From: Chitinophagia bacterium
GTDB taxonomy: Bacteria; Bacteroidota; Bacteroidia; Chitinophagales; Chitinophagaceae
DNA: 50,770 bases
Assembly: GCA_009924165.1 (NCBI GenBank)
Contig: RFSD01000001.1
Location: 1 to 50,770 of the forward strand
Direction of reading: 5' to 3'
Within the stretch, counting starts at the first letter, position 1; every line of letters begins with the position of its first letter. The translations under genes and the position numbers were made by a program. Below are positions 11,018 through 21,830 of this stretch, piece by piece. The notes beneath the pieces are model-generated. The model was not told the DNA's origin. It did no database searches and was given only the letters and a program-made list of their open reading frames with translations.

Positions 11018-11784
11018 TAGTCTTTAGAATTCAACTTGCTCAATAATTTCAAAATTTCTAAGTACAACCAAACCAAGGTCACTAGTAAACCAAAAGCACC
11101 ATACCATTCCATGTATTTTGGCGCACCCATCTCTGCGGCTTTTTCGATGGAATCAAAATCCAATAATAAATTCAATGCAGCAATACCCACAATGAATAAG
11201 CTAATACCAATGCTCAATGGAGAACTATCAAAAGCAAAACCCATTTCAAATCCAAACATGCCTGCGATCCATACAATCAAATAAAATAAACCAATGCCCA
11301 TGGTAGCGGACATAATGATGGATCTTAATTTATTGGTAACAGTAATGATTCTGAAATTATACAAAAAGAACATGGCGACTGCCACACCTAATGTTAAACC
11401 TACTGCATGTAAAATAATATTTGGATAACTATTAGCAAACATGGCATTGAAAAATGCACTTATTCCGCCAATGAACAATCCTTCTAAAATACCATATGCT
11501 GGTGTGATATATCCAGCCCATTGAGGCTTAAACATCACAACCAATGCCAATACCAATCCACCAATTGCACCTGCAATCATTAAAGTGGTGGCTGTATTGG
11601 TATTGCCTTCTGCATAAACATTCCAAACGTACATGGCCGAAGCCATCACCATCAATAATAAGAAACCAAATTTGTTAATGGTACCACGTACACTCATTAC
11701 ACCAAATGCATTGGCATTATCATGTAGAGACTTGTCAAATATCTTTTCTGTTAAGGTTGGATTACCTGTTTTAAATGCTGACAT
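11017..11784 (-). CDS. Bax inhibitor-1/YccA family membrane protein
   Basis: About 7 hydrophobic helices; LLLDFD..E..GAPKYMEWYGAFGLLVTLVWLYLEIL signature; TAATG overlap with the E1 gene. Confidence 0.9.
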   Translation of the reverse strand: MSAFKTGNPTLTEKIFDKSLHDNANAFGVMSVRGTINKFGFLLLMVMASAMYVWNVYAEGNTNTATTLMIAGAIGGLVLALVVMFKPQWAGYITPAYGILEGLFIGGISAFFNAMFANSYPNIILHAVGLTLGVAVAMFFLYNFRIITVTNKLRSIIMSATMGIGLFYLIVWIAGMFGFEMGFAFDSSPLSIGISLFIVGIAALNLLLDFDSIEKAAEMGAPKYMEWYGAFGLLVTLVWLYLEILKLLSKLNSKD

Positions 11785-11855
11785 AATTTTAAATTTTTGG
11801 TACTATAAAAATACAAAAATGCGACGAAACGCCATCTATATTAATTGTTAATCCT

Positions 11856-12396
11856 TTATTTTTTCAGACCAGGATACGCATCTAAACGAGCAAATTGGTA
11901 TTGATTGCCAGATTTAAGTAATTGTATGAATTCTACAAGCTGGGCAGAATCTGTTTCGTTTCTGAACATATGGTCGTGCATTAAAACCACTAAATGATTC
12001 TTAGTTTTATTCGCTTTTAAGGCAAACATACTATCCACCATCTTAGCCATAAAAGCAGCGGATTGGTAAAAATAAATCAGGGCGACTTAGAATACGATTG
12101 TATAGTTTCTTACCCCATTTTGATCTTGATTGGTGTAATCCAATTTGAAAAAAAGAGGCTTGTACATTTTCATTTTCACAAATAGCAATACAAGCTGAAG
12201 TACCAAACAAGGGCCCATCATCAAAACTTAGGTAAAGGTACTTAGTGTTACTGTCCAATGAACTTTGAGAAAACGGCTGTTCCTGCACAATTGTTTGCAC
12301 TATTGGTTGACCTGACTGTCTGATGCCTGGCTCATTAACACCGTACCAAAGCATAAAACATTGGTTAATCAGGTAAAAAAGGGACCAAATGGACAT
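11856..12396 (-). pseudogene. Polysaccharide deacetylase (CE4/NodB) with internal deletion and frameshift
   Basis: 5' piece has YLSFDDGP and ASFF; 3' piece in another frame has VVLMHD; the intervening HxxxH, RxP and GWD motifs are absent; junction near 12066. Confidence 0.8.
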
Positions 12397-12504
12397 AAAA
12401 CATTGATATTGAAGGGACAAACTTAAACAAGAAATTAGAATAATTATACAAAAGATGTGGTTTTAGAGGCGATGCATTGTAACTTTGTCATCCAATTGAC
12501 GCAT

Positions 12505-14349
12505 ATGCAAGAAGAAGTTGTTTTACAAGATGTCGTGATCAAATTTGCTGGTGATAGTGGAGACGGTATGCAGTTAACCGGCCAGCAATTTACCAATAAT
12601 ACCGCCCTACTAGGAATCGACTTAGCGACTTTCCCTGATTTCCCTGCGGAAATTAGAGCCCCTATCGGTACCCTGCCAGGCGTGAGTGGATTTCAAATAC
12701 ATTTTAGTTCAAACCCAGTATATACACCAGGCGATACATGTGATGTATTGGTAGCGATGAATGCTGCCGCTTTAAAAGTAAATCTAAAAGGATTGAAAAA
12801 AGGTGGAAAAATTATTGCGAATTTAGAAGGGTTTGATGCAAAAAATTTAAGGCTTGCGGCTTATCCAGAAGGAATTAATCCTTTGGAAGATGGCAGTTTA
12901 GATGGTTATGAACTAACCAAGGTGGATATCACAAAATTGACAAGAGAAGCATTAAAGTCCAATACAGAATTAGGCACCAAAGAACGTGATCGTGCAAAGA
13001 ACATGTTTGTTCTTGGTTTAATTTATTGGTTGTACAATAGAAACTTAGATAACACCATTGATTTCTTAGAAGAAAAATTTGGTAAAAAAGAAAATATTTT
13101 AAAGAGCAACATTGATGTATTGAAAGCAGGTTACTACTATGGTGAAACTGCTGAATTATTCAACGCTAGATATAAAGTAGAAAAATCAAAGATGGAGCCG
13201 GGTACTTACAGAAGTATCATGGGCAATCAAGCATTATCAATGGGTTTAATTGCAGCTTCACAAAAAAGTGGTCTGCCTTTATTCCTTGGATCTTATCCAA
13301 TCACACCAGCTTCTGATATCTTACATGAATTGAGTAAGTACAAAAATTTTGGTATCAAAACTTTTCAGGCAGAAGATGAAATTGCAGGCATTACTGCTGC
13401 AATTGGTGCAAGCTATGGTGGATCAATTGGTTTAACGACTACCTCTGGACCAGGTATGGCTTTAAAGACCGAAGCAATTGGTTTAGCAACCATGTTAGAA
13501 ATTCCTTTATTGATTATCAATATCCAAAGAGGTGGCCCATCAACTGGTTTACCAACAAAAACCGAACAAAGTGATTTGATGCAAGCTTATTATGGTCGTA
13601 ACGGTGAAGCACCGATTCCTGTACTAGCTGCATCTACTCCGAGCGATTGTTTCTTTATGGCTTTTGAAGCAGTGAAAATTGCTTTGCAACATATGACACC
13701 GGTGATTCTTTTAAGTGATGGCTATATTGCCAATGGCGCAGAGCCTTGGAAATTCCCAGCTGCTGCCGACTTGCCTGTGATCGAAGTAAAATTCAAAACA
13801 AGTTTAGCAGAAGGTGAAGAAAAATTCTTACCCTATAAAAGAGATGAAAAATTAGCAAGACCTTGGGCGATCCCTGGTGCTGCCGGATTAGAGCATCGTA
13901 TTGGCGGAATCGAAAAACAACATGAAACTGGTAATGTTAGCTATGACCCAGAGAACCATGAATTCATGGTAAAAATGAGACAGGCAAAGGTTGATAAAAT
14001 TGCAGATTATATTCCATTGCAAACAATAGACAGTGGTGCAGCAAAAGGAAAAGTATTGGTACTTGGATGGGGATCCACTTATGGCACCATCAAGAGTGCT
14101 GTATTGCAATTACAAAGTCAAGGAAAGTCTGTAAGTCACGCCCACATTAAGTATATGCGCCCTTTCCCAAAAAACTTAGGCGAAATTTTAGCAGGGTTTG
14201 AAACCATTTTAATTCCAGAAATTAACAATGGTCAATTAATTAAAATTATCAGAGACAAATACTTAGTGGATGCAAAAGCCTATAATAAAATCATGGGTAT
14301 TCCAATTACAAAACTAGAATTAGTAACAGCGATTGAATCTTACTTATAA
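12505..14349 (+). CDS. korA: 2-oxoacid:ferredoxin oxidoreductase alpha subunit (gamma-alpha fusion)
   Basis: FAGDSGDGMQL, YPITPAS, QAEDEIA, TSGPG, QRGGPSTGLPTK; TAACTTTG at 12480-12487 supports ATG 12505. Confidence 0.93.
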   Translation: MQEEVVLQDVVIKFAGDSGDGMQLTGQQFTNNTALLGIDLATFPDFPAEIRAPIGTLPGVSGFQIHFSSNPVYTPGDTCDVLVAMNAAALKVNLKGLKKGGKIIANLEGFDAKNLRLAAYPEGINPLEDGSLDGYELTKVDITKLTREALKSNTELGTKERDRAKNMFVLGLIYWLYNRNLDNTIDFLEEKFGKKENILKSNIDVLKAGYYYGETAELFNARYKVEKSKMEPGTYRSIMGNQALSMGLIAASQKSGLPLFLGSYPITPASDILHELSKYKNFGIKTFQAEDEIAGITAAIGASYGGSIGLTTTSGPGMALKTEAIGLATMLEIPLLIINIQRGGPSTGLPTKTEQSDLMQAYYGRNGEAPIPVLAASTPSDCFFMAFEAVKIALQHMTPVILLSDGYIANGAEPWKFPAAADLPVIEVKFKTSLAEGEEKFLPYKRDEKLARPWAIPGAAGLEHRIGGIEKQHETGNVSYDPENHEFMVKMRQAKVDKIADYIPLQTIDSGAAKGKVLVLGWGSTYGTIKSAVLQLQSQGKSVSHAHIKYMRPFPKNLGEILAGFETILIPEINNGQLIKIIRDKYLVDAKAYNKIMGIPITKLELVTAIESYL

Positions 14350-14351
14350 TC

Positions 14352-14385
14352 AAAAAGCGCCTCTAAAAAATAAGGCGCTTTTTTT
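14352..14385. terminator. Bidirectional intrinsic terminator
   Basis: AAAAAGCGCCT-N10-AGGCGCTTTTTTT between korA and nth. Confidence 0.88.
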
Positions 14386-14391
14386 ATACAA

Positions 14392-15063
14392 TTAGTTTTC
14401 TTTTATTTTAGAAACTTTTTTCTTCGTTTCTTTTTCAAAGTATTTACAAAATGCAGTGATGCCACAGCTATCGCATTTTGGGCTTCGCGCCAAACAAGTA
14501 TATCGTCCGTGCAAGATCAACCAATGATGCGCTTTATGCACTAAAACAGCTGGTATATTTTTAATTAAATCTTTCTCTACAGCGAGTGGTGTTTTTGCAG
14601 TCATTGGCACTAACCCAATTCTTCTACTCACCCTAAATACATGCGTATCCACCGCCATATTAGGCTGTTGATCAATCACACTGGTAATCACATTGGCTGT
14701 CTTACGGCCCACACCTGGTAATTTTATTAAATCCTCTATCGTCATGGGCACTGCTCCATTGAAGGTGTCCATCAATAATTGACTCATCCCAATGAGGTGT
14801 TTTGTTTTATTATTGGGATAGGAAATGCTTCGTACCAATGGGAATAAATCGTCAAAGCTCGCTTTAGACATAGACGCGGGATCCGGAAATTTTTTAAAAA
14901 TACCTGGCGTAGTTAAGTTCACACGCTTGTCGGTACATTGCGCAGAAAGTATAACAGCCACTAATAGTTGGAATGGATTGTCGTAAGTCAATTCTGTTTC
15001 TGCAATAGGTACATTTGCTAAAAAATAATCAATGACCCCCTGATAACGTGCTTGTTTTTTCAT
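14392..15063 (-). CDS. nth: Endonuclease III
   Basis: LSAQCTD, HhH LPGVGRKTA, VDTHV, CxxxxxxCxxCxxxxxC Fe-S motif. Confidence 0.96.
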   Translation of the reverse strand: MKKQARYQGVIDYFLANVPIAETELTYDNPFQLLVAVILSAQCTDKRVNLTTPGIFKKFPDPASMSKASFDDLFPLVRSISYPNNKTKHLIGMSQLLMDTFNGAVPMTIEDLIKLPGVGRKTANVITSVIDQQPNMAVDTHVFRVSRRIGLVPMTAKTPLAVEKDLIKNIPAVLVHKAHHWLILHGRYTCLARSPKCDSCGITAFCKYFEKETKKKVSKIKEN

Positions 15064-15075
15064 GCAAAGGGAAAC

Positions 15076-15399
15076 TTATTTTTTCTGCTCCGCCTTGTTC
15101 GCAAAAGTGTCTTCAAATAAATACACTTCCTCTCCTTCTCTTCTTAAAAGGTAGCGCTCTCTTGCATACTTTTCGACTGCACCTGGATTGCTTTGTAAAT
15201 TATTCAACTGTTCTTGCGTAGTAGAGATTTCTTTTTCATAGTATCCTTTAGCTTGCTCTAATTTTTCCAATTCAGCAGCTCGGTCTCTTTGTAGAAAAAA
15301 ATTGCGTTGATCAAAAAAAAGCATCCATAATACAAAAGCCAAGCAGGCAATAAAATAACGATTGGCTATAAATGGAATGATTTTTTTGATTGCTTGCAT
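15076..15399 (-). CDS. ftsB: FtsB/DivIC septum formation initiator family protein
   Basis: N-terminal TM helix, coiled coil, EKYARERY; position downstream of eno. Confidence 0.85.
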   Translation of the reverse strand: MQAIKKIIPFIANRYFIACLAFVLWMLFFDQRNFFLQRDRAAELEKLEQAKGYYEKEISTTQEQLNNLQSNPGAVEKYARERYLLRREGEEVYLFEDTFANKAEQKK

Positions 15400-15457
15400 A
15401 AAAAAAGATTACCCTAAAATTAGCATAGTTATTAGAATACGCCAATAAAAATTACAC

Positions 15458-15490
15458 AAAAAAGAAGCCCCAATAATGGAGCTCCTTTTT
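15458..15490 (-). terminator. Intrinsic terminator of eno
   Basis: Minus strand GGAGCTCCA-TTAT-TGGGGCTTC-TTTTTT with G-U pairs. Confidence 0.8.
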
Positions 15491-15508
15491 ATTTCAATCT
15501 AAGTTGGA

Positions 15509-16840
<1,332 letters not shown>

Positions 16841-16870
16841 TTAAGTTTGCGCAATTTACACCCATTTTTT

Positions 16871-17779
16871 TTAATGGGTAAGCAATTTGAAGATTTCTTC
16901 TAAACTTGCTGCTTGCGTCTGCAAACGTTCTATATGCAAGCCTTTCTCCAAAGCCAAAGCCATGATATATTGTCTCGCCTGATCTAATTCTGCTGTGTTT
17001 TTAGCCTGAATGACTAACGTGCGTTTGTCTTGCTGCGCAATTAAATTGTATTTTAATTGAATAAGCTCAAGTTGCGCTGTAATTTCTTCTTGAAATTGCA
17101 CCAATAAATTGTGTTGACCAGATTGCGTGAGGGATGCAATAGATTGATTGGCGACTAATTTACCCTGATGCAAAACCAATACCCTATCTGTGATAGCCGC
17201 AACTTCTTGTAAAATATGTGATGAAAATAAAATCATGGCATCTGCACTAAGTGATTGAATCAAAGCTCTAATTTCAATCAACTGATTGGGATCCAAACCA
17301 GCTGTAGGCTCGTCCAGTAAAATTAATTTGGGTGCATGTAAAATCGCTGCCGCAATCCCCACTCTTTGCTTAAATCCTTTAGACAAATGCCCCATTTTTT
17401 TATGCTGCATGGATTGCAATCCTGTTTGTGCAATCACTTCTTGAATTCTTTTGGATGGTGCCGATATATTGTGCACACTAGCTAAGAAACTTAAATACTC
17501 TTTTACAAATAAATCTTCATACAATGGATTGGATTCTGGCAGATAGCCAATCATTTTTTTAAAGGCAACTTCGTCTTTTTGAAGATCAATTCCTGATAAC
17601 TGAATAGAGCCAGCATCTGGAATTAAACAGCCCGCTATCATTTTTAAAGTGGTACTCTTGCCTGCACCATTTGGACCAAGAAAACCTACAATCTCGCCTG
17701 GGTGAATCGTAAAAGTAAGGGGTTCAACTGCTTGGAATTGATCAAATTTTTTGGAGATGGCTTGGACATTCAATGACAT
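16871..17779 (-). CDS. ABC transporter ATP-binding protein, GldA-like
   Basis: GPNGAGKST, LSKGFKQRV, LLDEP, SSH; IGYLPESNPLY resembles gliding ATPase GldA. Confidence 0.85.
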   Translation of the reverse strand: MSLNVQAISKKFDQFQAVEPLTFTIHPGEIVGFLGPNGAGKSTTLKMIAGCLIPDAGSIQLSGIDLQKDEVAFKKMIGYLPESNPLYEDLFVKEYLSFLASVHNISAPSKRIQEVIAQTGLQSMQHKKMGHLSKGFKQRVGIAAAILHAPKLILLDEPTAGLDPNQLIEIRALIQSLSADAMILFSSHILQEVAAITDRVLVLHQGKLVANQSIASLTQSGQHNLLVQFQEEITAQLELIQLKYNLIAQQDKRTLVIQAKNTAELDQARQYIMALALEKGLHIERLQTQAASLEEIFKLLTH

Positions 17780-17795
17780 ACTCAAAAGTAAAGCA

Positions 17796-18047
17796 TTATT
17801 CTAAATCTTTAGAATTTACTGGCAGTTGATCGTATTCTCCTTTAAATGCATAGAAGCCAAAAATGAAGAAGCCAATGCAAATAGGTGTAAAGATGGTCAG
17901 GATTATTACCCATTGTAAAGTCACATTGGATCTTGTTAATGTAGTTGCTCCGGCAATTTTTTGGATGGCTTGGGATGCCAAAAACCAAATGATAGCAGGT
18001 GCTAAAAACATCCATACCAAGCCTAATATTTTCTTTATCGTATTCAT
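17796..18047 (-). CDS. Small two-TM membrane protein (resembles DUF6814 family)
   Basis: 83 aa, two hydrophobic helices, IFTPI..G..IFG.YA.KGEYD; 10 bp after the MFS stop. Confidence 0.75.
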   Translation of the reverse strand: MNTIKKILGLVWMFLAPAIIWFLASQAIQKIAGATTLTRSNVTLQWVIILTIFTPICIGFFIFGFYAFKGEYDQLPVNSKDLE

Positions 18048-18057
18048 ATAATTTTTT

Positions 18058-19758
18058 TTAGTCCATGACTTCCTTGTCTACTTTATTGGTTAAATAAATT
18101 ACACCAATGAATAAACAAATTGATGCAACACCGATTGGGTACCACAACCCCGCAAGCGGATCTCCAGCTGGATTCTCTGCAGTTTTTGTAAACTCCACAA
18201 TCAAGGTGCCCAAGAAAGGCACCAAGCCGCCAAATACGCCATTGCCAATATGATAAGGCAGCGACATAGAAGTGTAACGGATTTTAGTTGGAAACAATTC
18301 CACCAAGAAAGCAGCGATTGGTCCATATACCATGGTGACGTACAATATCTGCACAAAAACCAACCAAATTAAATTCCAATAAGTTGTATGATCCAATGTT
18401 TTTTCAATGACTATACTTGGTTTTAAAGAGGCAGCAGTAATCTTCACTTCCTGTGTTTTAGAAGCATCCAACATAGCCCCTTTAGTAGGTTTTAATTTTA
18501 CCACAATGGTGTCTAACTTTGTTGCGTCCATTGCATTTGGCTGCGTGTAATAAATACTTCCGGTACTTGCGTCTTGAATGATACCTGCTAAGTGCAATGT
18601 GTCTGTTTTGGTGTAACTAAACTTAGCACCATCAGTATATACTGTATCTATTTTTTGTACTACATATAATTTAGTGCCCTCTTTTGTATCAACCATAGCC
18701 AACTTTTCAGTAGCAACTGTGTGTGTTAGATCAATTTTTTCAGTTCTATTTTTTGCATTGGTCGCATCTAAAAAATATTGATAAATAGGTCTGTAAGTTA
18801 GGATACCCGCTAACATCCCAAACATCATAATCCACTTTCTTCCAATTCGGTCACTTAAATATCCAAACACCACAAAGAAAGGAGTGGCAAATAAAATAGC
18901 CCATAACATTAAATTCCTGGACTGTACAAATTCAACTTTACAAACGGTCTCAATAAAACTTTGTGCGTAAAACTGTCCGGTATACCAAATGACGCCTTGT
19001 CCCATCACCGCACCAAATAAAGCTAAGAGCACCATTTTAAAATTGGCTTTATGGCCGAAACTTTCTTTTAAAGGATTGGTAGAGATTTTGCCTTCTGATT
19101 TTAATTTAGTGAACATAGGTGATTCACTCATTTTCATTCTAATTAAAATTGACACCACCACTAAAATAATCGACATCCAAAATGGATACCTCCATCCGCC
19201 CCATTCAGCACTAAATGATTCCACACCTTGATTCGATCTAATTAAAATAATTACCCCTAATGCAAAAAATAATCCTAAGGTGGCTGTTGTCTGAATCCAG
19301 CTGGTCCAAAAGCCTCTTCTATTTGCTGGCGCATGTTCTGCTACATAAGTAGCAGCACCTCCATATTCACCTCCCAATGCCAATCCTTGCAGCAATCTTA
19401 AAACCAACACTAAAATTGGGGCCGCCCAACCAATGGTTGCAAAACCAGGCACCAAGCCAATCGCAAAAGTTGACCCACCCATCAAAACCAAGGTCAATAA
19501 AAAAGTATACTTACGACCAATCAAGTCTCCTAATCTTCCAAAAACCAATGCACCAAATGGTCTTACAATGAAGCCTGCTGCAAAAATGGCGAGGGTACTT
19601 AAAAGTGCTGAAGTACCTGCATCTGATGGAAAAAATTGTTTTGAAATAATGGTTGCCAACATGCCAAATATGTAAAAATCATACCATTCAATCAGCGTGC
19701 CAACAGAAGACGCACCAATCACCAAACTAATTTTACTAGGCTTTATGTCGAAACTCAT
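18058..19758 (-). CDS. MFS metabolite:H+ symporter (MHS family) with a large loop insertion
   Basis: GTLIEWYDF, RPFGALVFGRLGDLIGRK, GGEYGGA, ELFPTKIRYTSMS. Confidence 0.92.
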   Translation of the reverse strand: MSFDIKPSKISLVIGASSVGTLIEWYDFYIFGMLATIISKQFFPSDAGTSALLSTLAIFAAGFIVRPFGALVFGRLGDLIGRKYTFLLTLVLMGGSTFAIGLVPGFATIGWAAPILVLVLRLLQGLALGGEYGGAATYVAEHAPANRRGFWTSWIQTTATLGLFFALGVIILIRSNQGVESFSAEWGGWRYPFWMSIILVVVSILIRMKMSESPMFTKLKSEGKISTNPLKESFGHKANFKMVLLALFGAVMGQGVIWYTGQFYAQSFIETVCKVEFVQSRNLMLWAILFATPFFVVFGYLSDRIGRKWIMMFGMLAGILTYRPIYQYFLDATNAKNRTEKIDLTHTVATEKLAMVDTKEGTKLYVVQKIDTVYTDGAKFSYTKTDTLHLAGIIQDASTGSIYYTQPNAMDATKLDTIVVKLKPTKGAMLDASKTQEVKITAASLKPSIVIEKTLDHTTYWNLIWLVFVQILYVTMVYGPIAAFLVELFPTKIRYTSMSLPYHIGNGVFGGLVPFLGTLIVEFTKTAENPAGDPLAGLWYPIGVASICLFIGVIYLTNKVDKEVMD

Positions 19759-19843
19759 GTTTTAATTGTTTAATTGCTAGTATTCAAGTTAATTCAATCA
19801 ACTTAAAAAATGTAAATTTGAAAGACTAATTTTAAATCTGACT

Positions 19844-21784
19844 ATGTCTTATCCATACCAAATTAAAAACCTAGATGGTTACCACGAAGCTTATCAGAAA
19901 AGTATTCAAGATCCTGACGCATTTTGGGGTGAAGTAGCTTCACATTTTACTTGGCATAAAAAATGGGACAAAGTAAGTGATTGGAATTTTAAAGACCCAA
20001 GCATTCAATGGTTTGTGGGAGGAAAATTAAATATCACTGAAAATTGCTTAGACCGACATTTAGAGATCATGGGCGATAAGCCTGCCATCATTTGGGAGCC
20101 CAATAATCCAGCCGAACAACACCGCATCCTCTCCTATAAACAACTGCATTTAAAAGTTTGTCAGTTTGCACAAGTCCTATATAATAATGGTGTAAAAAAA
20201 GGCGACCGTGTATGTATTTATATGGGCATGATTCCTGAATTAGCAATTGCTGTATTGGCCTGCGCAAGAATAGGTGCTATTCATAGTGTGATTTTTGGCG
20301 GCTTCTCTGCACAAAGTATAGCAGATAGATTGGATGATGCCAAAGCCAATTTTATCATTACATGTGATGGTGCATTTAGAGGTGCTAAAGACATCCCACT
20401 CAAGTCCGTAATAGATGATGCATTAATTGGAAATAAAAATATTCAGCGCGTCATTGTTTGCACAAGAACAAGAACTGCTGTGTCTATGTTACAAGGCAGA
20501 GATGTTTGGTGGGAGGATGAAATAAAAAAAGTGGAAGCACGAGGCACCCAATTTGTTCCAGCAGAAGTGATGGATGCAGAAGATCCTTTATTCATATTAT
20601 ATACTTCGGGGTCTACAGGAAAACCAAAAGGCGTAGTGCATAGTGTGGCTGGGTACATGGTGTATACCAATTATACTTTTGTAAATACATTCAATTATCA
20701 TCCTAATGATATCTTCTTTTGTACTGCAGACGTAGGATGGATTACAGGGCATAGTTATATTGTGTATGCCCCGTTAAGTGCTGGTGGCACTTCTATGATG
20801 TTTGAAGGGATCCCCACTTTCCCAGATGCAGGAAGATTCTGGAATATCATTGACAAATTCAAAGTAAATATTTTATACACTGCGCCTACTGCCATTCGCT
20901 CCTTAATGGGATTTGGTTTGGGGCCTGTGCAGGGACATGATTTAAGTAGTTTAAAAGTGCTAGGTACAGTTGGCGAGCCAATTAACGAGGAAGCTTGGAA
21001 TTGGTACAACGAACAGATTGGGAAAAATAAATGTCCCATTGTAGACACTTGGTGGCAAACAGAAACAGGTGGTATAATGATTTCTAATATGGCGGGTATT
21101 ACCCCAGGGAAAGCTGGATGGGCCACCTATCCAATGCCGGGCATTGAACCCGTTTTAGTAGATGATAAAGGAATAGAAATTACAACGCAAGACGAAGATG
21201 GAATGTATCGCGGTAACTTATGCATCAAACGAGCTTGGCCTTCCACTATTCGAACAACTTACGGTGATCATGAAAGATGCAGGACCAATTATTTTGCAAC
21301 TTACGATAATTTATATTTTACCGGCGATGGCGCATTCAGAAACGAAGCAGGACAATTTAGAATCACAGGGCGTGTTGATGATGTATTGAATGTGAGTGGC
21401 CACAGGATTGGTACTGCCGAAATAGAAAATGCCATTAACATGCATGCAGGGGTGGTAGAAAGTGCGGTGGTAGGTTATCCGCATGATATCAAAGGGCAAG
21501 GCATTTATGCTTATGTTATTTATACAGGTTCGCATGCGCAAGACACACATGGTAGTGCAGAGATGATACGTAAAGACATCCTTCAAACTGTGACAAGCAT
21601 CATTGGCCCTATTGCTAAACCAGATAAAATTCAATTTGTTACTGGCTTACCTAAAACAAGATCAGGGAAAATCATGCGTCGCATTCTACGCAAAGTGGCG
21701 GAAGGTGAATTAAATAGTTTAGGCGATACCTCTACCCTACTTGATCCTGCAGTAGTGGATGAAATTGTCAAAGGTGTTTTATAA
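19844..21784 (+). CDS. acs: Acetyl-CoA synthetase (AMP-forming)
   Basis: YTSGSTGKPKG, DTWWQTETG, GRVDD, SGHRIGTAE, PKTRSGKIMRR; TAAATTTG at 19813-19820. Confidence 0.96.
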   Translation: MSYPYQIKNLDGYHEAYQKSIQDPDAFWGEVASHFTWHKKWDKVSDWNFKDPSIQWFVGGKLNITENCLDRHLEIMGDKPAIIWEPNNPAEQHRILSYKQLHLKVCQFAQVLYNNGVKKGDRVCIYMGMIPELAIAVLACARIGAIHSVIFGGFSAQSIADRLDDAKANFIITCDGAFRGAKDIPLKSVIDDALIGNKNIQRVIVCTRTRTAVSMLQGRDVWWEDEIKKVEARGTQFVPAEVMDAEDPLFILYTSGSTGKPKGVVHSVAGYMVYTNYTFVNTFNYHPNDIFFCTADVGWITGHSYIVYAPLSAGGTSMMFEGIPTFPDAGRFWNIIDKFKVNILYTAPTAIRSLMGFGLGPVQGHDLSSLKVLGTVGEPINEEAWNWYNEQIGKNKCPIVDTWWQTETGGIMISNMAGITPGKAGWATYPMPGIEPVLVDDKGIEITTQDEDGMYRGNLCIKRAWPSTIRTTYGDHERCRTNYFATYDNLYFTGDGAFRNEAGQFRITGRVDDVLNVSGHRIGTAEIENAINMHAGVVESAVVGYPHDIKGQGIYAYVIYTGSHAQDTHGSAEMIRKDILQTVTSIIGPIAKPDKIQFVTGLPKTRSGKIMRRILRKVAEGELNSLGDTSTLLDPAVVDEIVKGVL

Positions 21785-21816
21785 AAAAAAGCCTCGATGA
21801 TATCGAGGCTTTTTTT
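21784..21816. terminator. Bidirectional intrinsic terminator
   Basis: AAAAAAAGCCTCGAT-N3-ATCGAGGCTTTTTTT. Confidence 0.9.
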
Positions 21817-21830
21817 GTTGTATCATTCTA

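Noticed and set aside
16871-17779. GldA-like ATPase without adjacent permease genes
   Set aside because: gldA is known to be unlinked from gldF/gldG in Flavobacterium, so this is not unusual.
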